From assembly GCA_000004985.1 (NCBI GenBank), contig GG738892.1: DNA of 64,000 nt; one strand, given 5' to 3'. Shown one piece after another: positions 31,770 to 42,465 of this stretch. The notes beneath the pieces are model-generated. The model saw only the letters and a program-made list of their open reading frames with translations, was not told where the DNA came from and made no database searches. The DNA comes from Naegleria gruberi (taxonomy: Eukaryota). Position numbers and translations under genes: made by a program. Positions within the stretch are counted from its first letter, which is position 1, and every line of letters begins with the position of its first letter.

Positions 31770-34439
31770 TTACATCAATAAACATGATTGGTTATCCTCA
31801 TTTGTTGCTGTAACAATATCTGATTTTCCAAATCCCGTATTATTTTCCATAATTGTTGAAGATGTTTCCTCTTCTACATCAGTTTGTTCCAACAATTCTT
31901 TTTGAAGAACAGCTGTTGAATATAGGCCACCAACAACCGACTTGTATAGTTCGGTATTCTTCCTTGATTTTGATAATGTCCTATCAAATGCACTCCAAAA
32001 TGTTACATCCTGCCCTTCATGGTGTGAAAACTTGATAGAGCCAACCATAATTTGATTTGATTTGTAAAATCTAAATGTGTAGATGAGTGAAAGAACATCC
32101 TTCGTCTTGAACATGTGATCGATAGTAAGAGTTCCAACAATAACTTCACCATGATTCGGTAACCTATTGAAAAACCCTTGTCTGTATGCCATATCCATAA
32201 AATCAGCCTTCTCCCTCAAATATTCCAATATCTTGTCAGATATTATTTTGAAATCCAATCCAAATAATAGATATTTCTTGTTGGAAATTTCAGGGACATA
32301 TTTGGTTTTTTGATTGTTTTGGAAAATACTAGTTAATGCAGAATCATTAATTTTGTAATTGTCCATTTCAATTGGATGTGAGATGAGACTTTTGATTTCA
32401 ATCCATAATTTGTGCATTTGTTTAGCCCAGCTTGGATGAATGCTGAAATTCTGTGTAATAATAGGAACATTATCCATATTTAAAAACTCTAACTTTTTCA
32501 GATTGGAAATATCCAGAGAAGACAATTCACAGGTCTCTCTTGTGGTACTATTCTGATTAAAGACGAATCTATTACACCCTGCTAAATCTAAAAGGATGAG
32601 ATTTTCCAAATCTTCTATACACTGTACGTTCAAAACTCTTTGTTGTGGAACAGATTTTAAAACGAATACTTCCAACTTTTTCAAGTCAACAATAGATAGA
32701 CAATCAAAATTTCCATCAATGTTTGGGAATTTCAAATATTTCAAATTTTTAAAGCTCTCAAACTTGGGATAGGAGTTAAAAGTGCTATCTTCACATATGA
32801 TAGACTCTGCATTGTTGCCAAGATTTTTGAAAAATTGTTCTGTGCTGTGAATGGCAGATTGAGAGATATGGATTTGTTTCACTTTGGAGCAACATGCCCA
32901 CACATTAGGTTCAAATGGTATAGATGGTATAACTATTCCGCAAAGAGTCAAACTTTGGAGAGAAGGAGCTACAAGTTTTGAGATAATTGACATGTTATGG
33001 GTTGAAGTCATTTTAAAGCTTTCAAGTTTTGAAAATATGTTAGGAATGATGAACAAGTTAGACTCTTGGCGCTCTTCAATAATGGTAAGGTTTCTGCATG
33101 ATTCTATGTTAAAATGAATATTTTCAGATGGGAGTTTCACTCGGGCACTCTTGTTAAAAATACATGTTAGAGAAAGGTTGATTAATGTATCGTTCAGCTT
33201 GCAAAGCCACTCCAATTGGCTCCACATGCTCATATTAATTATTGTAAAATTCAATCGTGTAATTTTCGTAAAATTAACAAGATACTCCAACATTTGAATC
33301 AGAGTGTTGACAGATGTTTCAATATTAGGAGAATACGTAGAATCGGTAATGTTCGAAATGTCAAAGCATAGAGACAATTCTTGGAGATTGCATCGAGGTT
33401 GGAATGTTGTTGAGGTTAGCATGTTTGGATTTATGCTCTGAAATCCTGTAAATAGTGAATTGAGAAGAAATACATCTTGTGGAGTCTTGATGGCCAAGCT
33501 ACATCTGAAAGATTCGAGAAGCAGGTTCTCTCTTATTTCATTTCTTGAACAAAGAATATTCTTACAATAACTCAGTACATCCCCAATTGTTATACTATTA
33601 CAATGAGTTCCCAAGTCAAGATCGAGATGTTTCAAGGTCCACTGTCCAGCATGATGATCGTTGGAAGAAAACTTCTTGATCATATCCAAAAACAATTTAG
33701 CAATTTCAGTGTTTGATGTTAGTTTCAATTTTAATCCTTCCAATATGTTGAAAAGTCCAATTCCATAATTTTCCAAAGTGAATAATTTTGAAATAGTTGA
33801 AAATATTGGAGAGTCCGCTTCAATGTCCTTATAAATCGTGAGTGAGGATTCAAATTCCATGTATTTTACATTTTTTGTGTTTGCCTGCAAGAAGATTGTC
33901 AACATTTTACAAATACAATTATCGAATACTTGTTTGAAATTTTCATCCCCAATCACATCGCACAGCACATGAATAAATTCAACTCTCTGGTCATAATGTT
34001 TCATGTTACTTGAAATGATTTTTCTAGTTGATGTTAAACCTTGCACTTCAGGAGTGAGATTCCACGTATTTCTCCAAGATTTGAATGCACCTTGCTTTGA
34101 TTTAAAATAGGGTTCAAAAACACTCAATGTTGATAAATTTGATGACTTTTTCTCCTCCGATATTGGTAAGAATTGTTCAATAATTTCCTTACTATTTGGA
34201 GCAATTAAAAGACCTTCATGAACAGTCCTATAAAACTCTCTATTCGTCAATGCTGCTCTCTTGATCAATGTCCAACTATCGAGAAAGGAAAAGATCATTC
34301 TGAGAACATAATTATGTTGTTGTTCATTCGATAAATCTCTTCTATCGCAACCCATTAATAATTTACCAAATGGTTGTTCTTGTCTCTTCATCGATGATGA
34401 ATATTTACATTCTTTGTATGATGATGGAAGACTTTTCAT
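31770..34439 (-). CDS. F-box-like plus leucine-rich-repeat protein (889 aa).
   Basis: Single ORF. N-terminus NYVLRMIFSFLDSWTLIKRAALTNREFYRTV is F-box-like, followed by numerous irregular LRRs (LxxLxLxxC/N). Its stop codon (31770..31772) directly abuts the stop of the convergent P4-ATPase gene (31767..31769). Confidence 0.6.
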   Translation of the reverse strand: MKSLPSSYKECKYSSSMKRQEQPFGKLLMGCDRRDLSNEQQHNYVLRMIFSFLDSWTLIKRAALTNREFYRTVHEGLLIAPNSKEIIEQFLPISEEKKSSNLSTLSVFEPYFKSKQGAFKSWRNTWNLTPEVQGLTSTRKIISSNMKHYDQRVEFIHVLCDVIGDENFKQVFDNCICKMLTIFLQANTKNVKYMEFESSLTIYKDIEADSPIFSTISKLFTLENYGIGLFNILEGLKLKLTSNTEIAKLFLDMIKKFSSNDHHAGQWTLKHLDLDLGTHCNSITIGDVLSYCKNILCSRNEIRENLLLESFRCSLAIKTPQDVFLLNSLFTGFQSINPNMLTSTTFQPRCNLQELSLCFDISNITDSTYSPNIETSVNTLIQMLEYLVNFTKITRLNFTIINMSMWSQLEWLCKLNDTLINLSLTCIFNKSARVKLPSENIHFNIESCRNLTIIEERQESNLFIIPNIFSKLESFKMTSTHNMSIISKLVAPSLQSLTLCGIVIPSIPFEPNVWACCSKVKQIHISQSAIHSTEQFFKNLGNNAESIICEDSTFNSYPKFESFKNLKYLKFPNIDGNFDCLSIVDLKKLEVFVLKSVPQQRVLNVQCIEDLENLILLDLAGCNRFVFNQNSTTRETCELSSLDISNLKKLEFLNMDNVPIITQNFSIHPSWAKQMHKLWIEIKSLISHPIEMDNYKINDSALTSIFQNNQKTKYVPEISNKKYLLFGLDFKIISDKILEYLREKADFMDMAYRQGFFNRLPNHGEVIVGTLTIDHMFKTKDVLSLIYTFRFYKSNQIMVGSIKFSHHEGQDVTFWSAFDRTLSKSRKNTELYKSVVGGLYSTAVLQKELLEQTDVEEETSSTIMENNTGFGKSDIVTATNEDNQSCLLM

Positions 34440-34727
34440 CTTGTTTTTTTCCGTTAGTTATTCGTTAATAATAATATCAGCTATCGGATGAATATTGTTG
34501 TATTCCATAGACTTCACTATCCAATTTACCAAAATCATGATATGAAACTCTATGCAACGGTGGCAATGATGTAATCATGACGTCATTGATTTGTCTCTAA
34601 TTTTTTCTAAAATAAAAAAAATAAAACAACAAAGCCTTATGATGATAAAATGTTAAAAGATATGATGATTTGATTGAGAAAAACGATCCGAATGTTGTGC
34701 GATTACATACATTTGATCTGTATTAAT

Positions 34728-36744
34728 TTAAGGGTTTATTTTGTCATTGTCAATAGTATCCTCCTCTTGATTTTCTGCTTGTTGAGATTCATCATTTCCA
34801 AGCATTTGCTTTAGAGCTAAATTCTTGTAAATACCATTCTCAATATTAAGTAATTGTTGATGAGTTCCCATTTCTCTAATAACTCCTTTTGTCAAAACAC
34901 AAATAACATCAGAATTGATGACAGTTGTCAAACGGTGAGCTATGCAAATGGTTGTTCTGTTTTTCATCAAATTTTCTAAAGCTTGTTGGACTAATCTTTC
35001 AGATTCAGTATCTAGAGCAGATGTTGCTTCATCCAATAGCAAAATCTTTGGATTTTGTAACAAAGCTCTCGCAATTGCAACTAATTAACAAGATTACAAA
35101 AAATTTGAAAACTAAATTCAACTTACTTCTTTGTTTTTGACCTCCTGAAAGAGAAACTCCCTTCTCACCCAACATGGTATCATAACCATCATGTAAATCC
35201 ATAATAAATTGATGTGCATTGGCCAACTTGGCAGCTTGTTCAATTTCTTCTTGTGAAACATTCTCAACTCCAATAGCATAGGCTATATTGTATCTGATTG
35301 ACTTGGAAAAGAGAACTGGTTCCTGTTCGACAATTCCAATTTGTTTGTGAAGGAAAATAGGATCCAAATCAGTCAAATCTTCACCGTCCAAGAAAATTCT
35401 TCCTTGTTGAGGAGAATAGAAGCGTTCCAATAGACCAACCACAGTTGACTTACCAGAACCTGATGGTCCTACTAAAGCAACTGTTTGTCCTTGTTTGATT
35501 TTCAATGAGAAATCTGTCAAAACTTGTTGTTGAGGACGAGAAGGATAAGTGAAACAAACTTTCTCAAAATCAATATTTCCTCTTATTTGGTCAACTGGAA
35601 TTTGCTTTCCTCCGCTGATAGGAATTGCAGGTTTTCTCAATATAACCTTCAAAAGATGTGTTTCACTAACGTATGACTTCATTAATTGAGGAAAGAAAGT
35701 AGCCGATCTAATCAATGAAATGCAACCAATAAGCATCATTCCAAAAACTTGAAACAATGAAGCCAAACTAGTCAATCCTAAAACAGCTTGATGTCCCGAA
35801 TACCAAAATGTCAAAGCAACAGTTCCCCAAACAACAACTGCAGCAAATCCAAAGGCAACTCCATGAACTGTGCTTCTAATAAAACCAACCTTATTCAACT
35901 CTTTCAATTCAATGCCATATCTAGTCAACTCTGTCTTTTCACCTGCCATTGAGCGAATAGTTCTGAGACAAGTTGTAATTTCATTGGCAACTCCAGCACT
36001 TGTTCTTGTTAACAAGGTCATCTTCTTAATGAGATGGGTGGAAATAATGGACATGGTTGTGTGTGATATTAATGTGAGTGGAATGGTTGATATGAATAAT
36101 AATGTCATTTTCCAATCACAAACAAGTGATAAAATTAAACCAACAATGAATTGCATGATTTCTTGCATGAAAATGTTGAATTCATTGGTAAAGACATCTT
36201 GAATTTTGGGAATATCTTCAGTGAGACAACTCATAAGGGAACCAATCTTTCTGATTTCGAAAAAGTGTACTTCTTGTTGAATGAGTGCTGACATGTATGC
36301 TTCTCTCAAACTAATCATATTCGAAACATGTATATTAGAAAGAGTTTTTTCATACTATGATACTTACCTTGTGCCAATTCTAACATTAGCCCAATTTTGA
36401 AAAAGTTGTTGAATTAAAAAACCAACTCCACCACAAAAAGCAATAATGGTCAACTTGACACAAACTTGATCTACACTTTCGCCTAACATTTCTTGATTAC
36501 TATTGGCATTAGTAAATGTCTTGATTAAATCTCCAAGAACATAATTCACAATAACTGGAATCACACCATAGCCAGTTGATCCAACAGTTCCAATCAATAG
36601 AATAATCCAATTGAAACCAATAATTTGAAATATTTTCAAATGAGAAAACAAATTAATCTTTGGTTCTCTTTGGTCTTGAATTTCAGTTTTGTTTTTGTCA
36701 ACAGCAATACTTTTAACCATTTTTTTTTTCTTTAATCTTCTCAT
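34728..36744 (-). CDS. ABC transporter, B-subfamily half transporter (TMD-NBD). complement(join(34728..35080,35127..36310,36368..36744)), ~637 aa.
   Basis: N-terminal TMD with 6 helices. The NBD has Walker [11 protein letters not shown]-loop, the signature LSGGQKQR split by a 40-bp GTAAGT..AATTAG intron then [24 protein letters not shown] (Walker B), and the H-loop IAHRL. The first intron is 36311..36367 (GTAAGTA..GATTAG), joining RIGT to [14 protein letters not shown]. Confidence 0.8.
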
Positions 36745-37196
36745 TTTCGAATAAGTTTATCTTGTTTAAATAGAAATATTACAAGAGCTGCATCTTAATT
36801 GACTTAGTGCGTTCACACGGACACGATATAAATGGTAAAATTTTGGTAATGTATGGGGTCCGTGCAGAGTTTCTTCAAATTTGATAGATTAGTCCGTCAT
36901 TATCCAATGAAACTCACTTGTTTCTTTCTTGAGGAGAATTACAGAGTTCACCATCGTTGATAAACAAAAGTCTTGTAATGTTTCGTCTACAGTTCATTTA
37001 CAAACAATTGCACCGTTTGAAAAGTCCGTTGCTCTCCCGTCATGATTTGATGGAATTCCAAAGGAAGTTTTCAAAGTATGTGCATGAAAATATATTTGGA
37101 CAATTTATTTTTTTAGCTTTACAAATGACAAATCTTTTTTGAACTTTAAAACCAAATCATTGCTCTGGTTCAGTTTCAATATCAAAATCAAAAAAA

Positions 37197-39082
37197 TGAA
37201 TCGGTTCATTTCGTATTTGTTTCTTCTGGCTATTCTATTTGTTTTTTATAAGCCAGTTCAATGTCAAACTATTGCAGTGATCAACAATTCATTGCAAGTT
37301 TATAATGGCGACAATGTTACCATTACAACAACCAATTTACAGTCAACTGTCAATGGAATTGTTGAACCACGTGTCATTTACACAGTTACTTCAGTTACCA
37401 ATGCTCGTTTCCTCCGTTATAACACTACCTTTGGTTTCTATCTCGATACCAACACTTTCTCTGTTGCCGATGTCACTAACGGACTTATTTTATTCTCCCA
37501 TTTTGGTAATCAAGAACTCCCAACTTTTACCTTAAATGTCTATGATCCATTTTACAATATTAGTACAACTGCTATTGGAAATATTGAATTCACAGCCTTC
37601 AGAAGAGGAACCATTGGTGCTCCACGTCCAGGTTTCTTTGCCAGTGTCGATCCAACTACCTTAATTGTCACACTCCGTATCAGAATGTATTTAAGAGTTT
37701 TCTCACCACCAGAAGTCAAATTCAACATTGGACTTTCTGCATTGACAGCTTGTCAACAAACTGATTTAATTAGAGATGGATTTGTTTACAATGCAGGAAC
37801 TTCCACTTACTGGTATAGTGATTATGTCCTTTCATTGCCATTGTCAAGTTACTTGTCAAATCCAAATGTTCAACAAATTTCAACTGGAGGTGTCATTGAT
37901 TTGGTTGCATTGATGTATGCTGAATACATGATTACTACTTACACACCATTGCCATCTACTTCAACTGGTGGTGATGTTTATGTTGCTCCACCAATTTCTG
38001 GAACTTGTTACAAAGTCATTTATCAACAACGTTATATTTTGACATTGGTTCTTCAAGTGACACGTGTCAGTTTTAATACTACTGGTGGAATTACCACTGG
38101 AGGTAATAACTGTACTGCTTATATACAACCAAAGAGAATTTTCGTTAATGATTTGGGTAAATTGGAAATTAGAATGATTGTTTGGACACTTTTGGCACCA
38201 CCTGTCACATCATGGACAGTTACTGGACCATATTTCTTTAATGTTACTGATGCCATATTCACTGGTACTGCAAATGGTTATTATCAATATACAATTGTAA
38301 TGCAGTCAAATGTCATTAATGGACCAATCGACTTTTATGGTGATTATGTACTGACCTACTTATCCCCTGATGGATCTGGTTGTACAATTTCATATTCTTT
38401 ACAATATGTGGTTCCTTACCCTGTCATTACTCAAGTTTTACAATATAATACCACAGCTCAAACTTATGGAAATGCTGCCTTGACAATTGCTCAAACTCAA
38501 TTCGCGGCAACTGACACTATCTATGTCAGAGTTGATGTTCCAGGTGCTCCTAGCGTTCCTTACATGACCATTTCCCCATACAATGTCATTATGTGTTGTT
38601 TCCTCGATTTCACAACCATTCCTGTCAATGTCGACTGTCGTAACGCTTCCAACTCTGATTTCAGTACTCAAATCTATATCAATGGAGTTCCTCAAAGCAC
38701 TGGTGGTTTAAATGCTGCTACCCTTCCTCCTCCATCCACTTCCAGTTATGGTTTCCAATTCGATCTCCCATTTGCAATCAGAGATGGTCTCGATAGAAGA
38801 TGTTTCCTAACCATCGAGTCTGCCTATTTACCTACAAATACTACCACTGTTAGAAGTCTATTCAAGGAAGAAAATGTAGAAACTAGAAGTTTGGCAGCTA
38901 ATCCTGTGGCTAATACCGTTGTTTCACTTACTTATCGTTTGTTTGATATCGTTCCAAAGTCAACTAAGGGAGGTGCTGGAGCAGGTGGTGTTGTCAGTGG
39001 AGCATTCTCAATTGTCAGAGGAGGTGGAAATATGTGGATTCTTTCCTTGACTCTAGTATTGATCAAGTTATTCATCTTGTAA
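37197..39082 (+). CDS. Thr/Ser-rich secreted or cell-surface protein with a signal peptide and a C-terminal hydrophobic (GPI-anchor-like) tail.
   Basis: Signal peptide MNRFISYLFLLAILFVFYKPVQC. The long T/S/N/Y-rich, beta-rich body has no enzyme motifs. The C-terminus is GGNMWILSLTLVLIKLFIL. The ORF-track start at 37139 is a non-ATG start; the first ATG is 37197. Confidence 0.55.
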
Positions 39083-39857
39083 TCAATTTACACATAATTT
39101 TCCTTTCACACAAATCACAAATTTAAATAAACGCATCATTTTCAATTTGTAATTTTTATGGTTGTGGAGATTCTCCCGTGTCTTACTACAGAACGGGAGA
39201 AGAGTATCCGCTTAATACTGCTGACAAACCAAAATAGAAAATATTCAACACCGATACTTTTAATAAAATTGAATTTTCCAATTATATTTTCTTGTGTTAT
39301 TTGGCTGATGAAGTTATTGATTCACTCCTTCAAGAGTAATTCAAAAATTATCAAACTCATTGTGAATATTTAAATAATAAAATTCTTGTTTTTTCTTTTA
39401 ATTTCATTTCTTTCACCTTAAATCGAACAATTAACCTTATTTCCTTAAACATCATTAAGATCAAATTGAATTTCAAAGATAACTAACTTTTTCAACATCC
39501 ACACATTATAGTGATCACACTCATATCAATTAATCCGTATTTTTAATAAACAATCAATTGAAGAAACCTAAGATCGTGAAAATCTTTCTTACGATTTATT
39601 TGAAGAGAGAGAAGAAAGAGAAATATGGAAAATGAAATCATGATCCATTACATAGTTGTTTGTTACTCCAAGATTACAAAAGATTATCAAGAGTTTGGTT
39701 GAAGTTTCTAGACAACAATTTAAATATGCTATAAGAGAACCTTGCTCATCTCCTGCTACTGGTCTTCAATTTGTTCATCAAAAGGAAGTTAAGGATGTTA
39801 TGAATGTTGCGCCTTTAATTATGATAAATTTGTTTATTCTTATTGAATTACTGCATT

Positions 39858-42440
39858 TTACCAATTATCACCACAAGAACATTTTCCGTTTTCAAAATGA
39901 TGAAAACGTGAAGCATCTCTTACAATAATTTTGCAGTTTCTGACTTTTGAGATATACTTTGTAGCATTATGGCAATCTCCACAAACTCTCAAATTGTTAG
40001 CAATTCTAATAGTGGAACCTTTTGGTTGGTGAATAAAAGCATAGGCCATGGCCAATTTTTCTGAATGGCGACACAATAAATTCTTTTTCTCGTCGTCTGT
40101 AAATGTTCCGTGTTTAGTAACCCACCTTAAATCAGGCTCATAGCCAGCATCAATCATTTCCTGAGTTAGTTTCATTAACTCTTCTTCTATTTGTTTAATT
40201 TCAGGGTGGTTTTTGTCGTTACTAACAAAACTATATGTTTTTCCATTGATTTCAATAGTTGTTACTCCCGGAATCTTCTTTGCATTTTCTGATTTCATTT
40301 CTTTTTTGAGAAGTTCTACCTCAAGGTCCTCACCAAAGTACGAATAAATATTCGCTAGCAGGATATAATTGGACGAATCAGTTTTGTCTATTTCCTTTAA
40401 AATAGCAAAAGCCTTCCTTGCTCTCTCCAAATCATTATACTTTCTACATCCTCCTAAATAAGTACTCCACAATATTAATTCTTTGCTGTCACCAATTATT
40501 TTTTCTGCTTCTTCAAATAATCCAGAACGAACTAAACCATCCACCAAACAAGCTGTGTGCTTTATGGTTGGTTCGATATGATACTTGCTTGGCAGTTCTC
40601 TATAGAGATTAATGGATTTCTCAGGCATCATGTTGTGGCTGTATGCAGAAAGCATGTGAAGAAGAGTTTCTTCATTCGGTTCGAAGCCTTGCTCTATCAT
40701 CTTGTCGAATATTACTTCTGCCTGTTTGGCTCTCCCATTTTGAGCACATGTTGCGAGTACTACGTTCCATGTAATGATTGAAATTGGGTATTCTCTTCGC
40801 AATAAATCTACAAATAACTCAAAGGTTTTCTCTATTTCTCCCATTTTACCATAAAAGTTTAGGATAGTATTGTGTAGTTCAATTTCCTGAAAATGATATT
40901 TTTCAGCAATTTGATGTATTTCAATACCTTGCTTCAAAGATATACCATCAGAATATAAAGAAAGCATTGATATCAGTGAAATATAATCAAAATTTTTCAA
41001 TCTTAACATTTCTTCAAAAGTTTCTTTTGCCCTATCATAGATTTTGAAAACAGAGTAGAATTTAAGTATAGAATTACGCAATTCCAAACCACATTCAAAA
41101 AGTGGTGGCAGTAGTGCAATAATTTCTTCTCCTTCTTTTTTCAGCAATTTGTTTGTACACTCATTTAGCATTACAATAAATGAAACTTCGGAAGTCTGTT
41201 TAGTTGACATCATGTTGTAAAAGAGAGAGAAGGCTTCTGATATTCTCTCATCTTTGAAGAGGATTTTTAGTATCGTATTACACATTGGAGTATCGGGATT
41301 CTTGAAAGAGTAGAAGGTCTCAATAGATCTCTCAACCTCCCCTAAGTTTGCGTAAAATGAAATTACAGAGTTCATAACAATAGGATCTTTGCATTGGTTT
41401 TGTTCTATTAAACCACATATTTCCTTTCCTCTCTCAAATAGGTTGTTAGAAATACAAGCATTCAGCATAATAACGAATGTGCTATTTGATGGCTCGGCAA
41501 GTCTACGAAAATTTTCAAAAGCAAGATCAATTTTACCGCTTGAAAGAAGAGCTTGTAAGTAACAATTCCAAGTTATTATATTCTTTTGAGGAGAATTAGT
41601 AAACAACTCAATAGCTGTTTCATATTGCCCACATGTGGAATAAAAACTAATTAAACAAGTAATTAAAGTGATATCGTTAAGCAAATGTGGAAACAGTTCA
41701 ACAATAATTCGGTGAATAGATTTTCCTCCTTCTAAATATTTGATTTTAGAGCAAGATTTGATGAGCGTTGTAAACAAAATAGCATCAGGAGAAACACTCA
41801 TTTCCAACAAGATGTTCTTCACATCTTGCAAGCGATAATTCTCTATCAATTTTTCGGTTACTTTTGTTATATCTATTATTGTTGGTGCTTCCATTTGGTT
41901 GAATAGTCTAATTACCATTTCTAGATTTCCAGAAGTACAATACGAATTGAGCAAACAAGACTTGTTCTTTTCGCTCAATGGCACCAAATTGTTGTCCAGT
42001 GTTTCGTACCAAAACTGTGCCTTTTTTTTGAATTTGGGACTTGTGGTCATAGCGTTCAAGATCATGTTCCACAATGTCGGAGAAATTCTTTTAAATTCGT
42101 TTGGTGCAAGTGTGGAGAGGATTTGATTAACTTCTTCTAAATATTCATCTTGAATCCATTTCTCTTGATTAGTTCGCTTGCTAGCAAAATACATGGACGT
42201 TAGAGTATTAACTGAACGTTTTGAAGAAACCCTCTCAAATATTCTTTTACAATCATAAAAGTTAATTTCCTTCTTGTTCAACAAGAAGACAGCGTCAAAA
42301 TCATTAGGGTTTTTAAAATATTCTTGTAGTGCTGCGGTGGGGTTTTTTGGGTCAAATAAGTCTTTCACCTTTCCTAACTTTTTTAATGAGGTTGCAAAGT
42401 GGCGAAGTGTGAACATTTTTTTGATGAAGAACCCCACCAT
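39858..42440 (-). CDS. Pentatricopeptide-repeat protein with a C-terminal E/DYW-type cytidine-deaminase domain (organellar C-to-U RNA-editing-factor type).
   Basis: Single 860-aa ORF. About 15 degenerate 35-aa PPR/TPR-like helical repeats are followed by HSEKLAMAYAFI...IRIANNLRVCGDCHNATKYISKVRNCKIIVRDASRFHHFENGKCSCGDNW. That is the DYW-domain HxE...CxxCH zinc-binding deaminase signature, with terminal DNW in place of DYW. The N-terminus is basic and presequence-like. Confidence 0.8.
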   Translation of the reverse strand: MVGFFIKKMFTLRHFATSLKKLGKVKDLFDPKNPTAALQEYFKNPNDFDAVFLLNKKEINFYDCKRIFERVSSKRSVNTLTSMYFASKRTNQEKWIQDEYLEEVNQILSTLAPNEFKRISPTLWNMILNAMTTSPKFKKKAQFWYETLDNNLVPLSEKNKSCLLNSYCTSGNLEMVIRLFNQMEAPTIIDITKVTEKLIENYRLQDVKNILLEMSVSPDAILFTTLIKSCSKIKYLEGGKSIHRIIVELFPHLLNDITLITCLISFYSTCGQYETAIELFTNSPQKNIITWNCYLQALLSSGKIDLAFENFRRLAEPSNSTFVIMLNACISNNLFERGKEICGLIEQNQCKDPIVMNSVISFYANLGEVERSIETFYSFKNPDTPMCNTILKILFKDERISEAFSLFYNMMSTKQTSEVSFIVMLNECTNKLLKKEGEEIIALLPPLFECGLELRNSILKFYSVFKIYDRAKETFEEMLRLKNFDYISLISMLSLYSDGISLKQGIEIHQIAEKYHFQEIELHNTILNFYGKMGEIEKTFELFVDLLRREYPISIITWNVVLATCAQNGRAKQAEVIFDKMIEQGFEPNEETLLHMLSAYSHNMMPEKSINLYRELPSKYHIEPTIKHTACLVDGLVRSGLFEEAEKIIGDSKELILWSTYLGGCRKYNDLERARKAFAILKEIDKTDSSNYILLANIYSYFGEDLEVELLKKEMKSENAKKIPGVTTIEINGKTYSFVSNDKNHPEIKQIEEELMKLTQEMIDAGYEPDLRWVTKHGTFTDDEKKNLLCRHSEKLAMAYAFIHQPKGSTIRIANNLRVCGDCHNATKYISKVRNCKIIVRDASRFHHFENGKCSCGDNW

Positions 42441-42465
42441 TGGAAGATCCTAACATATTTTGAAA

